A stretch of 64,000 nt of DNA, from the IMG/VR virus record IMGVR_UViG_3300044700_000691, positions 62,001 to 126,000 of that record. One strand, 5' to 3'. Position 1 is the first letter of the stretch, and each line of letters opens with the position of its first letter. Both the position numbers and the translations under genes were made by a program. Positions 19,201 to 27,977 of the stretch are shown here, piece by piece. The notes beneath the pieces are model-generated. The model ran no database searches and was not told the DNA's origin. It was given only the letters and a program-made list of their open reading frames with translations.

Positions 19201-20009
19201 AACCAATTTCCTCTAGTTCCCAAGTAAATATCTCCATTTGCTAAGAAATTACCATTGGTTCTGATACCAGAGTTTCCGGTATCGCCATAGAGGTAATACG
19301 AACCCTGTGAACCAACTGCTGCATTATTATAGCCAGGATAATATGGATGAGTTGAAAGTAGGTCTCCAGTTAGGGTTCCGCCTGAAAGTAATAAGTATCT
19401 ACCATCGTGGTTATGCGAAGGAAGACTTGTTAAATAACCCGCACTTGCATGGTTACCCCATCCGTATGCAGTGTTCCAATTTGAGGCATTATATCCAGAG
19501 GCAGAAATGGTACCAGTAATAGTTAAATTACCACCGTCCATGTCTAAAATTACGCGGCTTGTTCCTCCACCAACAAATTCAAAATCATTGTTATCACCAT
19601 TCCATCTTAAACCCCAGGCATTAGCAGCGGTTGCGTGCGAAGGATAATAATCTCCAGAGATACCCCAAATATCAAAGTTACCATCGCCTACATCTAAACC
19701 AACTATACCGCCAGGAAATCGTGGACGATTTGCTACCGCGGATGGAAATGTTATTTTTCCAGTTATTGTATCGCCAGCCTTTGAAACTTTACCTGCAAGT
19801 GAGCTCGTAAGTGTTGATGAAAAACTTGCATCATTTCCTAAAGCTGCTGCCAACTCATTAAGAGTATCTAGCGCGCCAGGGGCACCATTAATTAAGTTAT
19901 TAATTTGTGTTGTAACATAAGACGTTGTCGCAATGCTGTGAGCCGCTAGGTTTCCAGCATGGATCGCGCTGTGTCCAGCAATTGTAGTTCCTGATATTAA
20001 TTGTGCCAT
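13287..20009 (-). CDS. Long tail fibre (2240 aa) with a C-terminal peptidase S74 intramolecular chaperone (13287-13580)
   Basis: Gly/Asn/Ser/Thr-rich mosaic with ALDTLNELAAALGND repeat. C-terminus AY|SDARVKTNI...LRGVSY...GVIAQE...LLIEAIKEQQAQI. Confidence 0.9.
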   Translation of the reverse strand: MAQLISGTTIAGHSAIHAGNLAAHSIATTSYVTTQINNLINGAPGALDTLNELAAALGNDASFSSTLTSSLAGKVSKAGDTITGKITFPSAVANRPRFPGGIVGLDVGDGNFDIWGISGDYYPSHATAANAWGLRWNGDNNDFEFVGGGTSRVILDMDGGNLTITGTISASGYNASNWNTAYGWGNHASAGYLTSLPSHNHDGRYLLLSGGTLTGDLLSTHPYYPGYNNAAVGSQGSYYLYGDTGNSGIRTNGNFLANGDIYLGTRGNWLSTYLNQNVRTDSAPSFSSVYLGGSQLTGTKVNGLSNMLGVTTLPYSVDITVDGDPDRFYAVQFWGGDQDVWRRIIIKRGYGEPAPWDPIGTGVHHGGLLLDWEGNFGGWGGAEYADRLRVFNESYTNVCADMFIYSHSMGYVFMLRGGGAVYHLFSDQPINGFYQSGSPDILYSSSTLSYDDAWSGTNQYDVPAPAPLGLAAVNSSRIDGLRTKKQSLLDGRYAAISHSHTFASLTSKPTTISGYGITDAITTGNIGSQSVSNATTAGGLAVHGGRNNEVNKIVRTDANGYIQAGWINTTSGAFSSGINKIYCSDDDYMRYQTPANFISNLGLITTGNIGSQSVTYATNSTRLYASDGSYVYGGAAPYYMYMNYDGGSYWELKVSPGTPAGVRVAYANIAGTSSQVTINYDNNSNSTYQLLWGSGNNVYGTTHVYVNPSTDVIYAKGGYISPGNPWNTADSAFFPNGISTAGADNWIYGHTYIAAAPSGGAGHEYWSDGSEFHRSNVGTASHGQSGKWITLQSATGDFIPYSFESDRGNHSWGIVARYRINTADSDRPSIQFSYGGNDTRWNVGYCSNDDNFRVTQNMGYRNNNSTSDGWGTERFKIDTSGNTYAAIGGTLYANGSAVITSANIGSQTVATAGALSSMNISQFTNNSGYLTSVTNISGNAGSVTNGVYTNITNTIVNGDATALILYGASSYSAAAALHLGGWSTDTTYARIRTSNGNLHIDTRGGAGNVYQMYFNHYSSGDMYFGNGGGTVYIYGGRLKHSDGTAYVYNSGTWSINVSGTAARATRANGNFYIDDNYGNGIVGLYASDRYQGVFAMGDAYKVSADGTSPGSLYGIAWTHTNVGGQSKSGLGHQALFMANGSTQTAIGYGIWTVGVITATGGNSTNWNTAYDKRPTAISFSGTGTKTLTLTQGDGSTLTAAFNDIDTDTNTDGQTLSLSGNTLSISGGNSVTLSSSGLSQATADNLYVNVSGDTMTGALTINSPSQGAEAFAVNGINGRLFTVVDDLSDSLYSVNTLAGLPVLEVFANNVVQIGKFGTNAIYVGQDGRVGFGTTDFSYTASDNSGATGVPTNNRLYVNGSIQLLGNNDGIVFGRGTSTYLKDEDLSFGWGGGWFMTDGTYLRVRGNKMVYSGGSARFDSNIYVGNETYYFYGDAPNAGIRTNGSFLVNGDIYFGTRGTWLSSYLNQALLTSSSPTFTDLYNNSWFRNNSNNTGLYNQANGNHFYSRGGSIWGITGNGGSVVHLQFRLNHESTLKGSVYGDAAGFGLLDSTDSWRVRVDTGGVQVYGSLTVGNSTSSDIYMTDTDETTRRIHCNSGRIGFLTSSNSWGAYADNSGNWFAANLSGTNTGDQTNISGNAATATNVAWTGVTGRPTALSQFSNDLGNYGGWAASSHTHDDRYYTETEINNFSYFRDNEDRTLRVLRFTGVGGDSGNTSNHSYAIYQGGGGWSHPYPDLHIGYHTGIKIGANTGYGGTRFYDDSTMATELFSVGNGDSHVRAANNLYAGALFDASSRVAISRGEGRNYVDYSRYVYNNGAYSGSGWIEPSDLGVRYANSAGSAPNASNQNSFYNVTPGEGNGLKLWSSDSYKISMGSSSLYQYGPVNDYSIKTQMNDGDAGRGFTWGRISYAPIAAINATSGNMQIAGTFASSNFSGSHSGSSSGTNTGDQTNIGGYSTYLATAYAGGQQTNPQVYFNNGIGLKAAMTGAWSVWSDTLWINGYSGGDVLQMCALHTLRNGTPRMAISVQASTSTSYGTFYEFITAYNIASQTVGNTNSISNSLGNGHSWTGQNYFVSNRNTSTDSAPLQAYSNNGGGAIMSFHRGGYYAVNFGLDSDNVMRIGGWSASTNRLQMDMSGNLTMAGDVTAYSDARVKTNIHTIENALAKTLALRGVSYNRTDSDDTRTKIGVIAQETLEVVPEVVNQDNAGMYNVSYGNMTALLIEAIKEQQAQIEDLKLEVKKLRGE
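15012..15119 (-). repeat. 36-codon module shared with 22355-22462 (identical protein, 16 synonymous differences)
   Basis: Codon-by-codon comparison of ISGNAATATNVAWTGVTGRPTALSQFSNDLGNYGGW in both fibre genes. Confidence 0.9.
17218..17261. repeat. 44-bp repeat shared with 20952-20995 (1 mismatch), between the two fibre genes
   Basis: gttaaatatccactgttattagtaaactg(a/t)gaaatattcattga. Confidence 0.9.
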
Positions 20010-20014
20010 ATTAG

Positions 20015-23000
20015 TTATCTATTTTCAAGATTTTCAATTCTCTCGGTTAATTTTTTAATTATTTCATGCTGTTCTTGAATTGTCTTAATCAAGATTGGCG
20101 CGATACGAGTATAGTTAATACCATCAACTTGACCTTCACTATCATATTTAACTAATTCAGGATAGATTTCAGCAACCTCTTCCGCAATTAAACCAATTTC
20201 AGTTTCGCCAGTTCCACCAATTTTAACATAGTGAACTGGTCTTAGTTGTAAGACTTTATCTAGAGCTGGAGTTAGGGACTCAACTTGAGTTTTATATCTA
20301 ATAGATGATAATTCTATTAATCGATTTGCGATTGTTAGGGTTCCAGTATTACTTACTTCAAGTAAACGGTCTCCATCAATTGCACCTTGCCATATAACGA
20401 AATCATCCATTGTATTTGCACCACCGCCGACTCCACCGTCTGTATTTAGCACAAAATGGTGACCTCCTCTAGATTGGTATTCTAGCCAATAATTAGAGCC
20501 TGCTGCAAAACCTTCGCTTGGATAAGCTGCTGCTCGAATTATATTATAAAATCCGCCAGATCCGTCTCTAAATGCAAGTTCGCCGATGATATTTAAGTTT
20601 CCACTAAGGGTACCTCCACTTAGTGATAAGTAGTAGCTATCTGTAACCTGACTCCTAAAGTGACCAGGCGTAGATTTTCTTAAATAGTTATCACTTGTAT
20701 TTTGAGTCCAAATTTGACCAATAGTTGGGTTTTCTGAGTTACCAGCAGAAGCATTAAAATATGATCCTAAGACATAGTTTGAATAGATATTTCCGCTAGA
20801 GTCTCTTCGTACAATTGTATTTACGTTTGCTGCAGTATCTGAAGTATATCCATCCAATAAATCTGCGTCTAAACCAGAACCAGCTCCATCATTTCCTGCA
20901 TGCCAAGGCGTATATCCAAGAGCAGTAGTAACGTTTCCGCTTGTTATACTTGTTAAATATCCACTGTTATTAGTAAACTGTGAAATATTCATTGAGGTTA
21001 AAGCTCCGGCAGTGGTTGCAGTAGCAGCATTGCCGCTAATATTAGTTTGATCTCCTGTATTTGTACCAGAAGATGACCCACTAAAGTTAGTTGCACTTAT
21101 GGTGCCAGTAACAGAAAGGTTACCCCCACTAGTTAAAGATAATCTTCTAGCAGCGTTCCATTGAATAACAAAATCTGCACCAGCCGCCCCACCAGATCTA
21201 GTCATACCAAGTCTCCAGTGGTCGTTGTACCATTGATATTCATGACCAGAGACTAGGTCATTTGTGGTGTACGAAGATGGAATGTATACAGCAACCTCTC
21301 TTCCTTCACTACCGGTTATTGTTATTGGAGTTGACGTGGTTGCTCCTCTACCTGTTACACTCGCTAGAGTATCGGTTTCTGTATATCCAGTTATGTAACC
21401 TTGAGAAGTTACCCATGATTGAGTTGCTAATAGGTTTCCAGCTGCATACGGTACATATTTAAAATATGCAGTATTTGCAGTAGTTATTTCAAGCGCAACT
21501 ACAGTTGGATCATAGATATCACCATATCCAAGTTTAAAGCTATTTGTGTTAGCATTATTAGTCATTCCCATCGACCACATTGGTGCTCCTGTGTAATCCC
21601 AAGCAGTTCCTTGATATGTGCCCATGGCGGTCATAAACATTAGTGTTGCCTGATTCCCTGTTCCTTGTCGGCTAATGAATACTCTGGCAGTTCCTGTTTT
21701 AGCGCTAACATATAATTCTGGATTAGATCCAGCCAATTGAATTTGTGCTGGGTTAGCACTAATTGGAGAAATGTACAGATTTCCTGTCATTTCATCTCCA
21801 CCTATATTAACATATAGCCCGTCTGCTGTTGCTTGAGAAATTCCAGTTGATGCAAGCGTTACAGAGTTACCTCCTGAAATACTTAAGGTATTTCCAGAAA
21901 GACTAAGCGTTTGTGCATCAGTATTTGTATCAGTATCAATATCTGTCCAAGTTGCAGTTACTGTGCCTCCATCTCTTTGTGTAAGAGTTAGGGTTTTTGA
22001 AGTTGTTCCACTAACTGCAGCTGAAGTTATTGTATCATTATATGCAGAATTCCAATTCGCTGAAGTACCATGACTTGGCGTAGAAATTCCACTTGCATTA
22101 ATTACAATAGGCGCAGAAAAGGGTCCAATATTAACAGTATTATTAGCAAAGGCTTCGATTACAGGAAGACCTGCTACCGTATTTACTGAAAATAGAGAAT
22201 TTGAAAGATCATCACTTACTGTGAACAGTCTGCCATTAACTCCGTTTACTGCAAATAATTCCTGGCCGCTGGTTGAACCAGTAATTACTAAAGGCCCAGT
22301 CATTGTGTCGCCAGTTACATTAACATATAGCGGATTAGCTGCTGCTTGTGTTAACCAGCCGCCATAGTTTCCTAAGTCATTAGAGAATTGAGAAAGAGCA
22401 GTAGGTCTGCCTGTTACTCCAGTCCATGCTACATTCGTAGCGGTAGCAGCGTTTCCAGAAATACCAATTGCCCAAGTGCCGTTTTCCCAAACGTAATTGT
22501 AACCTGAACCAGTTTTTAAATTACCATCAGTTGCTAAATAAAATTTAAGAGCTCCAGATTGAGTAAACTTAATTTCTTCGTTTGAGTCATCTTGTGTACC
22601 AATTTCAAGGTAAGATCCTCCAGCCTGGTTGCCGGTTGATATAAATTTAATAAATGCGGCATCTGTATTTAATCCCCAAGTAAGTCCTAATCCAGATGTT
22701 GCACCAAAGGCAAGATTACCAGTCATTGTATCACCACTTTTAGAAACTTTGTTTCCTATTGATGTGGTAATTGTGGTAGCAAAATTAGCATCATTACCTA
22801 ATGCGGTAGCTAATTCGTTAAGTGTGTCTAGTGTACTAGGAGCCGATGCAACTAAGTTAGAAACAGCTGTGTTTACATAGGTTTGAGTTGCATATCCAGA
22901 AAGAGCGGAGGTTGTAATATAAGCTGGGCCATTGGTTAATTGGTTTAGGTTAGTTAAGTTACCAGCTGTCCATACTTGTGAGTTATCCCAATATAGCCTT

Positions 23001-25897
23001 TGGTCTACTCTCATTTCTAAGAACTTACCAACCACACCACTAATATGAAATGCTATACCGGTCGTTGTGTTGTTATAGGATTCAGTCCAAAGAGCAGCTG
23101 TTGTATAATCGCCGTCGCCTTGCGCTTTTCGAGCGTATAATCCGCCTGCAAATACAGAAGCAGTATTTGTGGTTGCACCACGTCCGGTTACACTAGCAAG
23201 AGTATCAGTTTCTGCATAAGATGTGATATAACCTGCTCCGTTTGTTAACTGATTGTTATTAGTAGGTATTGTTATAACTCCAGTTGTAGCGTTATATGCG
23301 CCACTGCCTGCCGTAAAGCTATGAGCAGCTCTAGCCAAAGCATCCGTATATTGTGTTATTGTAGAACTAATAGCACCAGTTGTATTGTTATAACTAATAC
23401 CTGTGCTTCCACTTAAAGAAGTTAAAGTAATATATGAGCTTGAATCAACGGAACCATCTGCTTTTAAGAATTGGGTACTGGTTCCTCCAGCTTTTACAAA
23501 TGAATTTGCTGTAAAATTACCAGATCCATAAATAGCTCCACTTGGATCAACATATGCTCTAACTGATCCGCCTGACATAAAATTAAGCCGGCCGTACATG
23601 GTTGAACCATCTCTATGAACAATAGGGAATTGATCAATACCTTCGCCATTATCAATTGCGATATTAACGGTTTGTAGATTGACGCCTAAACCAGCTTGAG
23701 GAGTGAATGTAATTTCCCATGTATCAATGAAGTTTGCTCCACCACATGGAATTTTCCAAAATGCAAACTGACCAGTTATGCTTATGTCAGATCCAGTGAA
23801 TGGGCCATAATACACACCGCTTGTATTTCTTACTCTAACCGTAACGTTAGCGGGCGGATAGTTTACCCAGAATCCAAGATAAACGTTACCACTTGAATAA
23901 ACTGCATTTTCTCCATTATTTAATCGGTAGGTTCTAACCCAAGTACTCCCGGCATTTGGATAAGTTCCAGTATAAGAATCAGTTTGTGTATATCGGTTAC
24001 TTCCACCAAATAATAACTCTTTTATAATTACCGGGTTAACTGTAATAGTTTTTCCAGAGAACACACTTTGGGTAATATAATCGCCATATGTAACTGCATT
24101 AGTAATACCATATCCAGCAAGAGTAGTAGGATTAGATCCTGCTGTAACTCGGCCTTTTGCATCAACTGTTACTGATTTATAAGTAGAAGCAGTAACTCCA
24201 GTATTTGATAATGCAGTTGAAATTGAGGTTGTTCCAGATCCAGTAATATCACCGCTTAGTGTTATTGTTTGGTTTCCGGTAATATATGTATTTGTATCTA
24301 GTGACCAAGTATTTGCAGCAGTTTTCTTTAAGAATCCGCTGGTTGCTGCAAGTGCAGCAATTGCATCTAAATCTCCGTCCCATGCCTGAACGTCAGTTCC
24401 AATTACAACTCCTAAGTTAGTTCTACCGTAACCCTTTTGGGTTGCAGTAAGACCTTGTGTATTAATATCAACTCTTAGTCTATTACCCAAGGCGGTAGAT
24501 ACGGTAGTTGAGAATGAAGCGTCGTTTCCTAATGCTGCAGCAAGTTCGTTTAGAGTATCTAATGCAGCTGGCGAGCTTGCTACTAAATTAGAAACAGCTG
24601 TGTTTACATAGGTTTGAGTTGCATAACCTTGTGTTGCGTGATTACCCCATCCGTATGCTGTATTCCAATTGTTTACATCGGTTTGTGTAAAGTTTCCGGT
24701 TGTCCATGCATCAACATATGAAGAATAAGGACTAGTTGAACCCCAAGTTTGTTGCCAAATGCGCATTCCAATACCAGATTTCTTGAACATGATAAGGTTA
24801 TCTGTTCCACCAGACGAATCTGTATAAGAACGCATGTGTATAAAATCTGCGTATGGAGAATTGTTATCATTAGTCCATGACGTAAAACCAAATTTCATTT
24901 GGCCAGCTGTCAGTTCACTGGGAGATATTGTTCGGTTATCTTCTCTAATTAAAGTTCCAGCATATCCTGAAATATTTGTAACAGAAGTTAAATAGCCTGC
25001 GGTAGCGTGATTACCCCATCCGTATGCTGTATTCCAATTAGATTTTTCAGTTGTTGTAATTGACTTAACATGAGAAGGTACAGTCGGATCAGTTTCTGTA
25101 TAGGAAGTAATATAATTTGGAGTCCAATTAACCCATTGCGATCCATTAAATTGTAATAGCTGATTAGTAGCAGCCGATGTTATTGTAACATCAGTTAAGC
25201 TGTCTAAGTTTGTTGGAATTGAAATATTAGTTGCAGATACGGCAGTAACCAAACCTTTGGCATTAACTGTAATTACAGGAACTGCTGTCGCTGAACCAAA
25301 TTGGCCAACGTTTGAGTTAACTGTCGCTAGGGCTAAACCTATATTGCCGTTTGCTGTTAATGGTGAGTTTGCAATTGTAAAGTCTGCACCAGTAATTCCA
25401 ACTGAAGTTAAGGGCGGGGTTACTGTATTATAACCAATCGTCCACCAATAAGTTGTACCATCATAGTAAACTCCTAAGACATCAGTTGCATTTGCAGCTG
25501 GACTTGCAGTATAGGTACCGCCGCCAACAATTGAACTTGAGCCTGGCAGGGTTAGGGTTCGGCTACCAGCTGCATCTTGTTTAACCAAGATTAAACCAGT
25601 ATCGCCAGTTTCCATATTGGAAAGTACTAACGTTCTAGCTCCAGCGAGGGTTACCTTTGCATTTGCTCCAGAGTTAAAGTCCCAAGTAATAGCTGCGCCA
25701 TCAGTCAGGGTTTGCTGAGCCATTGTAACCTTACCATTAACCTTAAGATTGCCGGCAACTGTGAATTTTTTAGTCGCCTGTAGAGTTAATGTAAGATTGC
25801 CATTATCATCATGCTGTAGATACGGTTTGTTCGACGTAGTATTACCTATGAATTCTAATAAACCGGATGCGGGAGTTATCTTGACCGTTTGCGCCAC
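20015..25897 (-). CDS. Long tail fibre (1960 aa, GTG start) with a C-terminal peptidase S74 chaperone (20015-20308)
   Basis: Fibre repeats (VTVDAKGRVTAG, LDTLNELAAALGND, GSGLDADLLDG). C-terminus L|SSIRYKTQV...LRPVHY...GLIAEEV...LIKTIQE. Confidence 0.9.
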   Translation of the reverse strand: MAQTVKITPASGLLEFIGNTTSNKPYLQHDDNGNLTLTLQATKKFTVAGNLKVNGKVTMAQQTLTDGAAITWDFNSGANAKVTLAGARTLVLSNMETGDTGLILVKQDAAGSRTLTLPGSSSIVGGGTYTASPAANATDVLGVYYDGTTYWWTIGYNTVTPPLTSVGITGADFTIANSPLTANGNIGLALATVNSNVGQFGSATAVPVITVNAKGLVTAVSATNISIPTNLDSLTDVTITSAATNQLLQFNGSQWVNWTPNYITSYTETDPTVPSHVKSITTTEKSNWNTAYGWGNHATAGYLTSVTNISGYAGTLIREDNRTISPSELTAGQMKFGFTSWTNDNNSPYADFIHMRSYTDSSGGTDNLIMFKKSGIGMRIWQQTWGSTSPYSSYVDAWTTGNFTQTDVNNWNTAYGWGNHATQGYATQTYVNTAVSNLVASSPAALDTLNELAAALGNDASFSTTVSTALGNRLRVDINTQGLTATQKGYGRTNLGVVIGTDVQAWDGDLDAIAALAATSGFLKKTAANTWSLDTNTYITGNQTITLSGDITGSGTTSISTALSNTGVTASTYKSVTVDAKGRVTAGSNPTTLAGYGITNAVTYGDYITQSVFSGKTITVNPVIIKELLFGGSNRYTQTDSYTGTYPNAGSTWVRTYRLNNGENAVYSSGNVYLGFWVNYPPANVTVRVRNTSGVYYGPFTGSDISITGQFAFWKIPCGGANFIDTWEITFTPQAGLGVNLQTVNIAIDNGEGIDQFPIVHRDGSTMYGRLNFMSGGSVRAYVDPSGAIYGSGNFTANSFVKAGGTSTQFLKADGSVDSSSYITLTSLSGSTGISYNNTTGAISSTITQYTDALARAAHSFTAGSGAYNATTGVITIPTNNNQLTNGAGYITSYAETDTLASVTGRGATTNTASVFAGGLYARKAQGDGDYTTAALWTESYNNTTTGIAFHISGVVGKFLEMRVDQRLYWDNSQVWTAGNLTNLNQLTNGPAYITTSALSGYATQTYVNTAVSNLVASAPSTLDTLNELATALGNDANFATTITTSIGNKVSKSGDTMTGNLAFGATSGLGLTWGLNTDAAFIKFISTGNQAGGSYLEIGTQDDSNEEIKFTQSGALKFYLATDGNLKTGSGYNYVWENGTWAIGISGNAATATNVAWTGVTGRPTALSQFSNDLGNYGGWLTQAAANPLYVNVTGDTMTGPLVITGSTSGQELFAVNGVNGRLFTVSDDLSNSLFSVNTVAGLPVIEAFANNTVNIGPFSAPIVINASGISTPSHGTSANWNSAYNDTITSAAVSGTTSKTLTLTQRDGGTVTATWTDIDTDTNTDAQTLSLSGNTLSISGGNSVTLASTGISQATADGLYVNIGGDEMTGNLYISPISANPAQIQLAGSNPELYVSAKTGTARVFISRQGTGNQATLMFMTAMGTYQGTAWDYTGAPMWSMGMTNNANTNSFKLGYGDIYDPTVVALEITTANTAYFKYVPYAAGNLLATQSWVTSQGYITGYTETDTLASVTGRGATTSTPITITGSEGREVAVYIPSSYTTNDLVSGHEYQWYNDHWRLGMTRSGGAAGADFVIQWNAARRLSLTSGGNLSVTGTISATNFSGSSSGTNTGDQTNISGNAATATTAGALTSMNISQFTNNSGYLTSITSGNVTTALGYTPWHAGNDGAGSGLDADLLDGYTSDTAANVNTIVRRDSSGNIYSNYVLGSYFNASAGNSENPTIGQIWTQNTSDNYLRKSTPGHFRSQVTDSYYLSLSGGTLSGNLNIIGELAFRDGSGGFYNIIRAAAYPSEGFAAGSNYWLEYQSRGGHHFVLNTDGGVGGGANTMDDFVIWQGAIDGDRLLEVSNTGTLTIANRLIELSSIRYKTQVESLTPALDKVLQLRPVHYVKIGGTGETEIGLIAEEVAEIYPELVKYDSEGQVDGINYTRIAPILIKTIQEQHEIIKKLTERIENLENR
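22857..22894. repeat. Exact 38-bp direct repeat with 24588-24625
   Basis: ttagaaacagctgtgtttacataggtttgagttgcata, encoding YATQTYVNTAVSN. Confidence 0.9.
24636..24670. repeat. Exact 35-bp direct repeat with 25005-25039; a diverged copy lies near 19447-19481
   Basis: gcgtgattaccccatccgtatgctgtattccaatt, encoding NWNTAYGWGNHA. Confidence 0.9.
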
Positions 25898-25918
25898 GTA
25901 TGTAATAGACTATTTGAA

Positions 25919-26347
25919 TTATTTATTCATGTCTATCTCAATTTGTAATGGTTTAACATCTTTACGTTCAGCCTGCACTAAATAAAAAAAAGTTGGCTTG
26001 TGCGAGCCTGCTACTTCAAAATAAGTATCAGTAATATGTTTAATCCACAACGATTGAGATTTACCGAATGGTGTAATTGTAACTGTGATTGAGTCCGCAT
26101 TTGCTAAGCTTGCCCAATATTCTGGAAAAAAGATACGTTTAGCTTCACTCTTTCCTCTAAGGTAGATGCCATGTTCGGGGCCTTCTAAGTTACCGTGCGC
26201 AAGTTTAAAACCTGGCTTGGTTGGATGGTCAATTAAGAACTGCTTGGTAACAGCTGAAAAATTACCATTATGACTAATATCTCCAGACGTTTCGTTATAC
26301 GTCATGTGAGTACTGATATTAACTTGTTTTAGTTTAACTTGAGCCAT
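25919..26347 (-). CDS. Short fibre-associated protein with a fibre C-terminal/chaperone-like domain
   Basis: KQFLIDHPTKPG.KLAHGNLEGPEHGIYLRG...PEYW...ITVTITP...FFYLVQAERKDV, a motif usually seen at phage fibre C-termini. Confidence 0.6.
   Translation of the reverse strand: MAQVKLKQVNISTHMTYNETSGDISHNGNFSAVTKQFLIDHPTKPGFKLAHGNLEGPEHGIYLRGKSEAKRIFFPEYWASLANADSITVTITPFGKSQSLWIKHITDTYFEVAGSHKPTFFYLVQAERKDVKPLQIEIDMNK
25920..25926 (-). promoter_or_regulatory. Late promoter candidate ATAAATA for the fibre operon
   Basis: Overlaps the stop of the upstream gene, about 22 nt before the GTG at 25897. Confidence 0.55.
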
Positions 26348-26373
26348 TTATGAGTTTGTATCTTTTCTATAGA

Positions 26374-26381
26374 TATTTATA
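26374..26381 (-). promoter_or_regulatory. Late promoter TATAAATA (exact T4 consensus)
   Basis: Intergenic, downstream of a terminator and upstream of 26347. Confidence 0.7.
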
Positions 26382-26405
26382 CTCCAAGTTTTGACTTTGA
26401 ATAAT

Positions 26406-26430
26406 AAAAAAGCCTCCATAAAGGAGGCTC
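26406..26430 (-). terminator. Rho-independent terminator
   Basis: Minus strand reads AGCCTCC-TTTAT-GGAGGCT followed by a T run. Confidence 0.85.
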
Positions 26431-26458
26431 TTATTTAAAAAAATATTTAGTAGTTAAA

Positions 26459-27925
26459 TTAAGCTACTCTATAAGTAATTTCGATTTCATCAGATGCTTC
26501 TAGAGCATAAGGTAATCCTGTTACTCGAACTACTGTGTTTGCGCCCTGTGGCCATACCCAGTTTGTAGTTTTCTTTAACATTACTCCGTTTACTGTAACT
26601 GAAAATACCTCGGCAGCAGCTGTTATCGTAATATCAGTATTACCTGAGGCTGCGGTTGTATATGAAGTTGCTTGGTGAACGTTTAGTGCATTATTACTAA
26701 CGGTTAAGGTAAGTGTATTTGTTGTACCAGGAGCAGCACCGCCGGTTGCAGCAAAGGTTAAACCTTGACCAGTTGCAAAATCTAAAGTATCTGTATCTAA
26801 ATCTAAACTAGACGCAGTAGCACCTTCGGCGCTGATACTTAACTGACTAGCAGCTCCAATTAAGGTTTTAAGATTAGCAAATGTAATTTTTTGGTTGGTT
26901 GCACCATTTGCGGTTACACCAGCAATAAAATCAGAATCTGCAATTGTAGAAACTGTACTTAATTCAGAAAGATCTAAATTAATAGTTAAGGTTCCAGCGC
27001 TATATGCTGTATCGATTCCGTTTGTTCCACCTGCAATTGTTAAAGTTCCGCCTAGTGCAATATTACTACTTCCAGAGTCTCCAGCAAAGGTAATAAACTC
27101 ATTTAAAATCATGGCATTGGTAATACCATTGGCTTTAACGTATAGTGCATCATTGGCATCAATACCAATTGAAGAGTCGTCGTAGTTTACATTAAATTTG
27201 GTACCAGTTCTTGTTAAACCTACGCCAGCTTCAGCAACACCGGCTGCAGAGAATTGAGTAAATTCAAGTTCAACCAGTCCAGCTGGGTTATTAGTAAAGT
27301 CATATAAACCAGCAGCTCCAGTCTGGCCGCTAATTGCTCCGTTCGGTGAACTTAATACCCAACCTGTGTCGCCATATACTGTTCCTTGCTCAACAAAGGT
27401 AAATAATCCGCCAGAAACTTCTCCAATATTTGCAGTTACGTTATCAGCATCTTCGGATCTAATTAATTGACCGGCTTGATATACGTAAATACCGTTTACC
27501 TTACGGCGAGCACCGGTTTGTTGAATTGCAATTAGGACACGATCACCGTCAGTAATGGTAATACCGTCAAGTACAAGCAACCCGATGACAGCCTGTGTGG
27601 TAATCGCTGTATACACATTACCGTCATCTGCGTCGACCCCGTCTAGCTGGCTGTTAGTAGTTATCGCTGGAGTACCGCCTGCTGCTGCAACGTATGTGCG
27701 ATAAACTGCCACTACTGATTTTTTTATATCTAATCCAGTTGCAACCGAATCGACATATTCTTTGTTTGCGGCTTGACTTCCAGATACTGGTAAGCTACTT
27801 ATTACTAAGTTTGCAGCAGGTGTGGTAATTGTACCAGTAGTTAACGTAACTGAACCAGTTGCGCCGCTCAGCTTAGTTAGTGAAACTGACGTATCTTGTA
27901 GTTGTTTACCTTTAATTAGTGCCAT
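26459..27925 (-). CDS. Virion structural protein (fibre or decoration type)
   Basis: AANKEYVDSVATGLDIK, LDGITITDGDRVL, NGIYV, TFVEQGTVYGDTGWV and FTQFS..G...AG.GLT motifs, typical of a widespread phage fibre/decoration family. Has its own promoter and terminator. Confidence 0.7.
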   Translation of the reverse strand: MALIKGKQLQDTSVSLTKLSGATGSVTLTTGTITTPAANLVISSLPVSGSQAANKEYVDSVATGLDIKKSVVAVYRTYVAAAGGTPAITTNSQLDGVDADDGNVYTAITTQAVIGLLVLDGITITDGDRVLIAIQQTGARRKVNGIYVYQAGQLIRSEDADNVTANIGEVSGGLFTFVEQGTVYGDTGWVLSSPNGAISGQTGAAGLYDFTNNPAGLVELEFTQFSAAGVAEAGVGLTRTGTKFNVNYDDSSIGIDANDALYVKANGITNAMILNEFITFAGDSGSSNIALGGTLTIAGGTNGIDTAYSAGTLTINLDLSELSTVSTIADSDFIAGVTANGATNQKITFANLKTLIGAASQLSISAEGATASSLDLDTDTLDFATGQGLTFAATGGAAPGTTNTLTLTVSNNALNVHQATSYTTAASGNTDITITAAAEVFSVTVNGVMLKKTTNWVWPQGANTVVRVTGLPYALEASDEIEITYRVA

Positions 27926-27951
27926 TGTTTATAAAGTCTTTTTATTTAAGT

Positions 27952-27958
27952 TATTTAT
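27952..27958 (-). promoter_or_regulatory. Late promoter candidate ATAAATA
   Basis: Intergenic, upstream of 27925. Confidence 0.65.
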
Positions 27959-27977
27959 TTGTTGATTGTTCAGTAAT

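Noticed and set aside
13287-25897. Diversity-generating retroelement (TR/VR pair) suggested by the fibre repeats
   Set aside because: Differences between the compared copies are synonymous third-position changes, not adenine-specific. All copies are in coding sequence and no reverse transcriptase is present in the window.
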